Positions 9,578-17,051 of a stretch of 40,688 nucleotides of DNA are shown in pieces. Each line of letters opens with the position of its first letter. Within the stretch, counting starts at the first letter, position 1. Source of the stretch: an uncultured Alphaproteobacteria bacterium (lineage in GTDB: Bacteria; Pseudomonadota; Alphaproteobacteria; Rickettsiales; UBA1997); NCBI GenBank assembly GCA_903927415.1, contig CAIYMZ010000119.1, positions 1 through 40,688 on the forward strand, in the 5' to 3' direction. Under the pieces are notes generated by a model that made no database searches, had not been told where the DNA came from, and was given only the letters and a program-made list of their open reading frames with translations. The translations under genes and the position numbers were made by a program.

Positions 9578-10126
9578 TTATTTAACTGCCGCGAGACATG
9601 ATTTTTTGATCTTCTCAAGCTGATTCTTTAGACTGGCGTCGATGACTTCTGAACCAACTCTGACTTGAAATCCACCCAAAATGTTCTCTTTGATTGATTC
9701 TCTGATGATCACAGTTTTGTCAGAATATTTTTTGGCAATAAGAGCTCTGATGCGATCAATCTGCTCTTTCTCTATCTTGACTGCAGTAGTCACCTCAACT
9801 TCCAAAATATTTTTTTGAAACTTCACCAAACGCGAAAATTCTTCGTAAATTTCTGGAAACAAATTCAGCCTTCTATTGCGAACGATTGAGGCAAAAAAGT
9901 TTGATGTTAAAGCGCCAAGTCCAAATTTTTGCGTAACTTCTGTGATGATCCTTACCAAATCATTTTTTGCGATCACCGGATTTTTTAGTTCATGCGCAAA
10001 GCTGGTGGAAAAATTTTGTTTAAAAACGTCAAGCTCTGCGACTGTTTTATCAACAGAATTATTTTTTCGAGCTGCTACAAACAAGGCTTTAGCATAATTT
10101 TTGGCAACGACAGAGACTCTGGGCAT
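9578..10126 (-). CDS. atpH: F0F1 ATP synthase subunit delta (OSCP)
   Basis: 182 aa starting ...VAKNYAKALF..., ending in a GGF.VRVGS.V.D.S...L motif, and positioned upstream of atpA. Confidence 0.9.
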   Translation of the reverse strand: MPRVSVVAKNYAKALFVAARKNNSVDKTVAELDVFKQNFSTSFAHELKNPVIAKNDLVRIITEVTQKFGLGALTSNFFASIVRNRRLNLFPEIYEEFSRLVKFQKNILEVEVTTAVKIEKEQIDRIRALIAKKYSDKTVIIRESIKENILGGFQVRVGSEVIDASLKNQLEKIKKSCLAAVK

Positions 10127-10269
10127 TAGTGTATTTTTTAAATTTCAGAAATTTGCGAAAACGAGACATCAATTGAGGCGCGGCAAGGTATTTTTGGTAA
10201 AATAAAATGCAAGAATTCTGTCTAAAATTTTGCTAGCGAGACAACAAAAAAGAGTCTCGTATCTACTTT

Positions 10270-11208
10270 TTATTTTTTCAATTTTGAATTCAAAAACGCG
10301 TAATTCAAAATTTTGTAACACAATTTTGCAGCTAAAAAATCGCAAGAGTGCAGAGCTTTTACTGGCGCCAATTCCACCACATCCGCCCCAACAATATTCG
10401 AAATTTTGCTAGCTTCGCGAATGATGTCGAGCGCGTCTTCCCACATTACACCACCGGGTTCGGGCGTGCCTGTTGCTTGCATTAAACTCGAATCAAATCC
10501 ATCCAAATCGAAAGTTAAAAAAACCGGCCGACCTTTGAGCACAGCGACGATTTTTTTCGCGTCCCAATTTCTGCGATCCTTGCCGAAGTGAATGGTGATG
10601 CGGTGGCGATTGGCCTCGAGGTAAGGAATTTCGCTCGCCGAAATATTGCGAATGCCGCAAGAAATTAAGGTTGAAATCGGATTGTCCATCACGCGGCGCA
10701 GCGCAGCGGCGTGGGAATAATGCTCGCCGTCAAAACCGTCGCGCAGATCGGCGTGAGCGTCAAAATGCAAAATCGCAAGGTCAGGATATTTTTTGATAAA
10801 AGGCCGAATCGAGCCTGCGGTGATTGAATGCTCGCCGCCAAGAATCAGCGGAAATTTTCCCGCATCCAAAATTTTCTGCGTAATTTTTTCGAGCTGCTTC
10901 AGAGATTTTGCGACCGATGTGCGATCAATTTTCGGTTCTTTCAAAGTGGCGACGCCGTATTTGCGAAATGGTTCAAACCAAAATTCTTCGTCGAAAAGTT
11001 CAACTTGTTGCGAAGCTTTAATAATCGCCGCCGGCCCGTTTTTCGTGCCTCCGCCGTAGCTCACAGATTTTTCCAAACCGAAGGGAACAACGACAACTTT
11101 TGCTTGATCGGGAGATTTTAAATATTTTTCTTCAATGCCAAGAAAGCCGGATTTTTGGGGGAGGAATTCGAGGGTGGAGAGGGGATTTTGGAGAATTTTT
11201 TTTGCCAT
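10270..11208 (-). CDS. speB: Ureohydrolase family protein, agmatinase-like
   Basis: 312 aa with Mn-binding motifs GGEHS, HFDAHADL, DLDGFD and SCDFLAAK-type C-terminus. Agmatinase versus another ureohydrolase cannot be decided from sequence alone. Confidence 0.8.
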   Translation of the reverse strand: MAKKILQNPLSTLEFLPQKSGFLGIEEKYLKSPDQAKVVVVPFGLEKSVSYGGGTKNGPAAIIKASQQVELFDEEFWFEPFRKYGVATLKEPKIDRTSVAKSLKQLEKITQKILDAGKFPLILGGEHSITAGSIRPFIKKYPDLAILHFDAHADLRDGFDGEHYSHAAALRRVMDNPISTLISCGIRNISASEIPYLEANRHRITIHFGKDRRNWDAKKIVAVLKGRPVFLTFDLDGFDSSLMQATGTPEPGGVMWEDALDIIREASKISNIVGADVVELAPVKALHSCDFLAAKLCYKILNYAFLNSKLKK

Positions 11209-11235
11209 TTTTTTGATCGTTAATTAAAACTTAAT

Positions 11236-11307
11236 GTCACCCTGAGCCTGTCGAAGGGTGATTCAGGATGTGCGGCTCGAATCACCCTTCGACAGGCTCA
11301 GGGTAAC
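11236..11307. repeat. Intergenic palindromic element (gtcaccctgagcctgtcgaagggtgattc family)
   Basis: The arm gtcaccctgagcctgtcgaagggtgattc and its near-perfect inverted copy gaatcacccttcgacaggctcagggtaac flank a 14-nt centre. It lies between speB and purK. Confidence 0.85.
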
Positions 11308-11332
11308 ATTGGGAGAGGGTTGATATGAAAAT

Positions 11333-12571
11333 TTATTTCAACAAATTCACATGCCCCATTTTCCTCCCCGCGGCAATTTTTTCCTTGCCGTAAAGATGAA
11401 TTTTCGCACGCGGATTTTTGTAAAATTTTTCGAGATTTTTCACCTCGTCGCCGATCAAATTTTTCATCCGACCTTCAGAATGAAACTCGGTTGAACCCAG
11501 CGGCAAGCCAGTAATCGCACGGATCAATTGCTCGAATTGCGAAGTGACGCAAGCATCCATTGAAAAATGTCCCGAATTGTGCGGCCTAGGGGCAAGCTCA
11601 TTCACGAGCAACTCGTCACCAATCACAAAAAATTCCACCGCCAAAATTCCGACCAAATCCAGCTTCTCGACAATTTTTTTAGCAATCGCCTGCGCCTTTA
11701 TTTGCAAGGCTTTGCTGATTTTCGCTGGATAAATACTTTCGTCCAAAATTCCGTTTTTGTGGATGTTGGTGAGAGGTGCGTAAGTTTTGATTTCAGAATT
11801 TTTCGAGCGCGCCACCAACACCGAAATTTCGGAATCAAACGGACAGAATTTTTCGAGGATTAATTCTGGACCCCGCAACAAGTGCGGGGTGACAAGTTGG
11901 GAGTGCGGGGTGACAAGTTGGGAGTGCGGGGTGACACCGAGCGTGAGTTGTGTCACCCCGCACTCCCAACTTGTCACCCCGCACTCCCAACTTGTCACCC
12001 CGCACTCCCAACTTGTCACCCCGCACTTGTTGCGGGGTCCATCGACCAACTGACTCCAAACTTTTTGCACCTCCGCAACCTTCGTCAAAACAAACTGCCC
12101 CTTGCCGTCGTAACCCATTGTCGCGGTTTTCAGAATCGCTTTCCCAAATTTTTTCAGATTTTTTTGCAGATCTTCAAGGCTAAAAATCTCCGCATAATCC
12201 GCCGTTTTCACCCCAATCGAATTAAGAAAATTTTTCTCCAAAATTCGGTGCTGCGTAATTTTTAAAACTTCCGCCCGCGGAAAAAATGAAACCTGCGAAG
12301 CCACGTAATCCACCGTTTCAAACGGAATATTTTCAAATTCAAAAGTTGCAACATCGACCAAATCCGCAAATTTTTTCAGCGCTTTTTTGTCGGAATATTT
12401 TGCCAAAATTGTTTGATTGGTGACAGAACTTGCTGGCGAATTTTTTTGATCGGTAAAAATAACAGTGCGAAATCCCATCGCCTGCGCCGCGAAACAGGCC
12501 ATGCGTCCGAGCTGTCCGCCGCCGATAATTCCCAAGGTTTTAATTGGGGTTTTTATTTTGAAATTTTTCAC
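11333..12571 (-). CDS. purK: 5-(carboxyamino)imidazole ribonucleotide synthase (PurK) carrying an in-frame repeat insertion
   Basis: ATP-grasp PurK motifs are present: LGIIGGGQLGRM, GYDGKGQ, ELAPRPHNSGH, KMGHV. The long ORF runs to 12664 but would overlap rlmE. GTG at 12571 precedes KNFKIKTPIKTLGIIGGG and gives a normal N-terminus. Confidence 0.9.
   Translation of the reverse strand: MKNFKIKTPIKTLGIIGGGQLGRMACFAAQAMGFRTVIFTDQKNSPASSVTNQTILAKYSDKKALKKFADLVDVATFEFENIPFETVDYVASQVSFFPRAEVLKITQHRILEKNFLNSIGVKTADYAEIFSLEDLQKNLKKFGKAILKTATMGYDGKGQFVLTKVAEVQKVWSQLVDGPRNKCGVTSWECGVTSWECGVTSWECGVTQLTLGVTPHSQLVTPHSQLVTPHLLRGPELILEKFCPFDSEISVLVARSKNSEIKTYAPLTNIHKNGILDESIYPAKISKALQIKAQAIAKKIVEKLDLVGILAVEFFVIGDELLVNELAPRPHNSGHFSMDACVTSQFEQLIRAITGLPLGSTEFHSEGRMKNLIGDEVKNLEKFYKNPRAKIHLYGKEKIAAGRKMGHVNLLK
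11868..12040. repeat. Family A composite palindromic element inside purK
   Basis: The terminal hairpin units are ggaccccgcaacaagtgcggggtgac and gtcaccccgcacttgttgcggggtcc. They enclose 2 forward and 3 inverted copies of the 21-bp unit aagttgggagtgcggggtgac around a 16-nt centre. Confidence 0.95.
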
Positions 12572-12643
12572 GAATTTTGATTTCTTGCTTAGAATGGAAA
12601 GGTGCGGGAAGCTAGGAACCGCCTCAACTTTTTCAACAAATTT

Positions 12644-13417
12644 ATGCCGCAAAAATTTCAGCAATTAAAAAAAGCCAAACGCTTAAAAAAATCTTCGCAA
12701 AAATGGTTGTTGCGGCAGGTGAATGATCCATTTGTTGAGAAGGCGAAGATCGAGGGCTGGAGGTCGCGCGCGGCGTTTAAAATTATTGAAATCGATCAGA
12801 AATTTAAAATTTTTAAGCCGGGGAAAGTTGTGGTGGATTTGGGTGCGGCACCTGGCGGTTGGTCGCAATACGCTGTCACAAAAGTTGGCGAGGGAAATGT
12901 GGTTGGGATCGATCTTTTGGAAATCGATTCGATTCCCGGCGTGACTTTTTTGCAGCAGGATTTTTTGGCGGAAGACGCAGCGGAAAAAATAATTTCCGAG
13001 ATCAAAAATCGCCGACGCAAATTCAATGCCAATTCAACGATGGAGTCATCGCAGATGCGTGACCTCCCCCTTATCAAGGGGGCTGGGGGGATGGTTAACA
13101 TTGTCCTCTCTGACATGGCCGCGAACACCACGGGAGATCACCAAACTGACCATATGCGAATCATTGCGCTGCTCGAAGAAGCGTTAATTTTGGCAGAAAA
13201 AATTTTGAAAGAAGGCGGAGTTTTTGTCGGAAAAATTTTTCAGGGCGGAAGCTCGAATGAGATTTTGAAGAGACTGCGGGAAAGTTTTTCTGTCGTAAAA
13301 TATTTTAAACCTGACTCGTCACGGAAGGATTCGAGCGAAACTTATTTGGTGGCGGTGGGATTCAAATCTAAGAATTTTGCGGCGGAAATTCGGAAGGAAA
13401 TTTTGCGGAAAAGTTGA
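12644..13417 (+). CDS. rlmE: 23S rRNA (uridine2552-2'-O)-methyltransferase RlmE/FtsJ with in-frame repeat insertion
   Basis: Motifs WLLRQVNDPFV, GWRSRAAFK, VVDLGAAPGGWSQ, LSDMAANTTG. The ATG at 12644 (MPQKF...) is preferred over 12602, which overlaps purK. Confidence 0.9.
   Translation: MPQKFQQLKKAKRLKKSSQKWLLRQVNDPFVEKAKIEGWRSRAAFKIIEIDQKFKIFKPGKVVVDLGAAPGGWSQYAVTKVGEGNVVGIDLLEIDSIPGVTFLQQDFLAEDAAEKIISEIKNRRRKFNANSTMESSQMRDLPLIKGAGGMVNIVLSDMAANTTGDHQTDHMRIIALLEEALILAEKILKEGGVFVGKIFQGGSSNEILKRLRESFSVVKYFKPDSSRKDSSETYLVAVGFKSKNFAAEIRKEILRKS
13045..13096 (+). repeat. Family B double-hairpin element inside rlmE
   Basis: gtcatcgcagatgcgtgacctcccccttatcaagggggctggggggatggtt aligns with the copies at 21825-21883 and 23082-23132 (both inverted). 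Confidence 0.85.
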
Positions 13418-13465
13418 ATTGTTCGCTTAAGCGAACAATTGGCAAAAAACTTCGCGGTGGATTTT

Positions 13466-14446
13466 TTACCCAACATTCCCACCCGAAATCACCACCAGAA
13501 TTTTCTGATTTTTTTTCTCTGAATTTTTTTTCAAATACTGCACCACGCCAGCAATCGCTAGCGCTGAAGTTGGTTCAATTTTTTGCTGAAATTCTTCCGC
13601 TAATTTTTTTTGCCAGAAAAAAATTTCTTCTTCGCTGATTTCTAAAATTCCTGCGAGCTGTTTAACGTAGCCAAAGCAACGCTCGGAAATGGCTAGAGTC
13701 CTAGCTCCATCAGCAATCGTGTTTGGCGTGTCTTCGAAATGAAAAATTTTTCCCTCGCGCAGAGAAATCGCTACGTCATTGGCACTCAAGGGTTCGCAAC
13801 CAAAAATTTTTGCTGCTGGTGAGAATTTTTGCGCCGCTAAAAAACTTCCGACCACCAATCCTCCGCCGCCGCAAGGTGTGAAAATTGCGCTGACCTTTAT
13901 CCCCTTGGTGCCAATTTCCGAAAGCGCCTCGAAGGTTGCAGTGCCTTGCCCGCAGATCACATCTTCACCGCTGGAAGGGTGAATAAAAAAATAGCCTTCT
14001 TTTTGTTTTTCTTCGGCCATCCGATTCACTTCCGATCTTTTTTCCAGCAACACAACTTCCGCGCCCAAATTTTTTACCGCCGCAATTTTGAACGGCGAAG
14101 CGTTTTTGATCATGTAAATCAGCGCCGGAATTCCGAATTTTTTGCAGGCAAAAGCAATTGCAGTTGCGTGATTTCCTGAGCTCTGCACCACAATTTTTTC
14201 CGGAAATTTTCCGTGCTTTTCTTTGTAAGTTAAAATGGCGTTGAATGCCCCGCGAGCCTTGAAAGAACCGGCCTCTTGCTGATTGTCCATTTTAAAAAAA
14301 ACTTCAGCGCCGAGCTCTTCGTTTAATTTTTTGCTGGAAATAACGGGCGTATTTTTGATGTGATTTTTGATGCGGAAATGTGCGGCAGAAATGTCGTCGG
14401 AAGTTAGATTTTTTTGCATGGGTTTTGGAGGTGGCAATAGTGCCAT
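13466..14446 (-). CDS. PLP-dependent threonine/serine dehydratase family protein (serine-racemase-like)
   Basis: 326 aa with the SFKARGA PLP-lysine motif, the SSGNHA and GGGGL glycine loops, and no ACT regulatory domain. Confidence 0.85.
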   Translation of the reverse strand: MALLPPPKPMQKNLTSDDISAAHFRIKNHIKNTPVISSKKLNEELGAEVFFKMDNQQEAGSFKARGAFNAILTYKEKHGKFPEKIVVQSSGNHATAIAFACKKFGIPALIYMIKNASPFKIAAVKNLGAEVVLLEKRSEVNRMAEEKQKEGYFFIHPSSGEDVICGQGTATFEALSEIGTKGIKVSAIFTPCGGGGLVVGSFLAAQKFSPAAKIFGCEPLSANDVAISLREGKIFHFEDTPNTIADGARTLAISERCFGYVKQLAGILEISEEEIFFWQKKLAEEFQQKIEPTSALAIAGVVQYLKKNSEKKNQKILVVISGGNVG

Positions 14447-14554
14447 AACTAAACAGTAAAATTATTAATCGTTGTCTAACATGATTAGAGAAGGCAAAAC
14501 TTCAAATTCCACAAAATGTCAAAAATTTAATAACAAGTTTCAAGGAGTTTATGT

Positions 14555-16888
14555 ATGCCAAAAGACATGAGAGGCGTTAGCGATAGACAAATGCGTAGGC
14601 AAGCTAGCCACATTGACGAAAGACGAGCTAGTCGCGAAGATAGAATAATAAGAGAAGCTGCTAACGCTTTTGCTAAGCAGCTTCAGAGTGCTGCAAGCAT
14701 AGATTACAAAGATTATAACGATCCGAAAAATTTCGTAGAAGCTTGGCATGATTTTGAAGAATTTTTTTCAGCGTCAGCAACTTCCGAGAAAAGCAGGGGA
14801 CGACGAGCCTCACTTTCTACAGGAACTGGTTCAAGCAGAAAACGTCTAGGAGCATTTCTGCTGGCACTGACAGTTCTCGAACTTGTTACCAGCACAAGCG
14901 CTAATATTTTTCAGCGAAACTTCGAAAATGATTCGCTTGGTAGCATTGGTAGTGATGGACCTGAAAGGCATGGTAATTTACGCGGAACGGTGGGAGATAA
15001 GAGCGAAAGAAGTGATGGTTACGCCGTTGCAACGGCGCACACAATGCCTGCGCCAGTTGCTATGCCAGCTACACCAGCTATGCCACCTGTTCCGAGAGAC
15101 TCTCTCGGAGAAATGGGGCGCGTCGACACTTTTCCATCAAAAAGACGTGCAAGAGAAGAATCTGCTAAGAGGAGAGTTCAATCGTATACGGATGAGGAAC
15201 TAACGCAGAGAGAAGGATTGAAGGTAGCTCTCGGTAAAAAAGTTAACGAATTTAGAAGGAAGCGCCCGAGCGAAAAAATTCCTATTGCCACTCTAGCAAA
15301 AGAAGCTGGGTTTCGTACCTACAATGAGGAGGGGAGCGATTATTATTCTGACATGGTGAATTTAGGATTTGTCTCGTTCGATGATATGGATTTAAGGAAC
15401 GCTGATTTTAAAGACACTGGACTTAGCGATGTGTCATTTAATCGATGCTCTTTGGTCAAGGCTGATTTTAGAGGAGCAACATTATTTAATAATAAGTTTA
15501 ATCAATGCGATTTGTCTCAAGCTAATCTTTCCAGTAATGAAGAAGATTCTTATGCTAGCATTTACCTCACCGATTCTAACTGCAATAGAGCAACTTTTGA
15601 AGGACTTGGAGGTGAAGTTTTGGTTGGATCTACACCAATAGGTGGATCAGATTTCAGAGACACAAATTGGAAAAACGCCGATATCACTCTCCTAGTAACA
15701 AATGTAGCAAATTCTTACCCCCAGTCATTGCCTGATGATGCCGAGCACAGGCCAGATTTTGAAGGCGCTTCTTGGGATGGTGCTAAACTTACATGCGAGA
15801 TGTCATTTTCTTCACGTCCAAATGCCTTAGCAAGAAACTTGCATTTTGACAAGGCGTCTCAGGTTACCAGCGTTACTTACCCTAAAGGCCTCAGTTATTA
15901 TGGGCGGATGGGTGCGTGGGGCGATGGCATGGAGGAAACAACGCATCCTTTAAACGGGGAAAGAGTAATTCACGATGATGCTCTTACTTCTGGCGCCGTT
16001 GTTGTTGGAGCTTCATCGGGTAATGAGACTGGTTTGATTGGCTTAAAAAGTGATCCCGCCTTGTGTGAAAGCATTGAAAGCGTTCCAAGCACAACTTTTG
16101 ACTCATCAACTGGACGAGATATAGCGGGATCGCATACGCTACATCCTTCCGGCATATCACAACCTCAACTAGGAGCTTTTGCTGGCGCTCTATCCAAGTT
16201 ATTCGAAAAATTGGAGGTTAATGCTGACATAATTAATCTCGATGCCTTGAAATCAGAGTTGGCGAATTCTGCAACTACTCCAGAAAGAGCTGCTGAAATT
16301 AATAAAGTTTTAGAACATTTTACTAAAGAATTGGGTAGCGATGAGACTTTGACTGACATAGAAAATATTTGTGGTGGCGGTGGTGGTCGTGACCCACTCT
16401 ACCTTGCTCCAGCGGTATTTCCAGCAGAGCCGGGAGCAATATCAACTCTTGTGGTAAGCGACGATGTAAAAAAATTTTTTCGCACATTTTTTGCCAGAAT
16501 TGGGTTTGCCTCTGATAGGCTTGATAAGGTCATCGATAATGGCGATGCTCAGAGAGTGCTCCAAGCAATTTACGGCAAAAGAGAAAAAGGTGAAGAATCA
16601 GCGACCGCTACGGGCGCTGGTCCAGGCGCTGGTCCGTCGGCAGAAACCCCTTCTTCGTCAGGAACAAATATTGGAGCTATAGTCGGTGGAATAGCGGGCG
16701 GAGTAGCGCTTATGATGATATGTTGCTGTGTAGCATGTTGCCGTGGCAACGATCAGAATCGTAGACGGCAACCTGATGGCGTAGGAGCCGGTGATGCTGC
16801 AGCAAATCCAGCTGCCCCAGGTACGACTGTGGCCGGAACAGCTGCTCATGTAGTAGCTGTCCCCAATAACCCGCTAACTATAGTTTAG
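14555..16888 (+). CDS. Large hypothetical protein with pentapeptide repeats and a Cys-rich C-terminal TM helix (effector/surface-protein candidate)
   Basis: 777-aa ORF with an AAGGAG SD at 14542-14547, 7 nt before the ATG. Pentapeptide repeats LRNADFKDTGLSDVSFNRCSLVKADFRGATLFNNKFNQCDLSQANLS lie at about 15380-15680. Hydrophobic segments are LGAFLLALTVLELV and IVGGIAGGVALMMICCCVACC. Confidence 0.75.
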   Translation: MPKDMRGVSDRQMRRQASHIDERRASREDRIIREAANAFAKQLQSAASIDYKDYNDPKNFVEAWHDFEEFFSASATSEKSRGRRASLSTGTGSSRKRLGAFLLALTVLELVTSTSANIFQRNFENDSLGSIGSDGPERHGNLRGTVGDKSERSDGYAVATAHTMPAPVAMPATPAMPPVPRDSLGEMGRVDTFPSKRRAREESAKRRVQSYTDEELTQREGLKVALGKKVNEFRRKRPSEKIPIATLAKEAGFRTYNEEGSDYYSDMVNLGFVSFDDMDLRNADFKDTGLSDVSFNRCSLVKADFRGATLFNNKFNQCDLSQANLSSNEEDSYASIYLTDSNCNRATFEGLGGEVLVGSTPIGGSDFRDTNWKNADITLLVTNVANSYPQSLPDDAEHRPDFEGASWDGAKLTCEMSFSSRPNALARNLHFDKASQVTSVTYPKGLSYYGRMGAWGDGMEETTHPLNGERVIHDDALTSGAVVVGASSGNETGLIGLKSDPALCESIESVPSTTFDSSTGRDIAGSHTLHPSGISQPQLGAFAGALSKLFEKLEVNADIINLDALKSELANSATTPERAAEINKVLEHFTKELGSDETLTDIENICGGGGGRDPLYLAPAVFPAEPGAISTLVVSDDVKKFFRTFFARIGFASDRLDKVIDNGDAQRVLQAIYGKREKGEESATATGAGPGAGPSAETPSSSGTNIGAIVGGIAGGVALMMICCCVACCRGNDQNRRRQPDGVGAGDAAANPAAPGTTVAGTAAHVVAVPNNPLTIV

Positions 16889-16925
16889 CCGTATTTCTTA
16901 AAAAGCTGCTTTAAAAAACTTCAGC

Positions 16926-16977
16926 GCCGAGGATCTCAGGGGTTCAGACTCAAAGCTGGACTCCTGAGATCCTCGGC
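16926..16977. repeat. Perfect 15-bp-arm palindrome downstream of the pentapeptide ORF
   Basis: gccgaggatctcagg (16926-16940) and cctgagatcctcggc (16963-16977) flank a 22-nt loop. No U-tract follows, so it is not a canonical terminator. Confidence 0.8.
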
Positions 16978-17051
16978 CTTACAGGCCAAGGATGACGAGA
17001 GAGGCGGCCTTCGCACCGATGACAAAACTTTTTAACATTTATTCAATCAAC

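Noticed and set aside
11787-12265. Four overlapping ORFs (74-127 aa) on both strands across the purK repeat.
   Set aside because: They exist only because the palindromic element lacks stop codons in most frames. They consist almost entirely of repeat-derived peptides and overlap purK.
12572-12664. Long-ORF starts that make purK (ATG 12664) and rlmE (ATG 12602) overlap head to head by 63 nt.
   Set aside because: Both N-terminal extensions lack similarity to the conserved N-termini. GTG 12571 (purK) and ATG 12644 (rlmE) give canonical lengths. This is uncertain, and a pipeline might choose the longer starts.
16978-17051. Possible SAM riboswitch upstream of the Cys/Met PLP enzyme.
   Set aside because: The 74-nt leader does not contain the SAM-II or SAM-V core (AAAGCU with a pseudoknot-forming U-rich strand) as far as I can recall them. 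The sequence looks like repeat-element debris (ggatgac.., ccgatgac).
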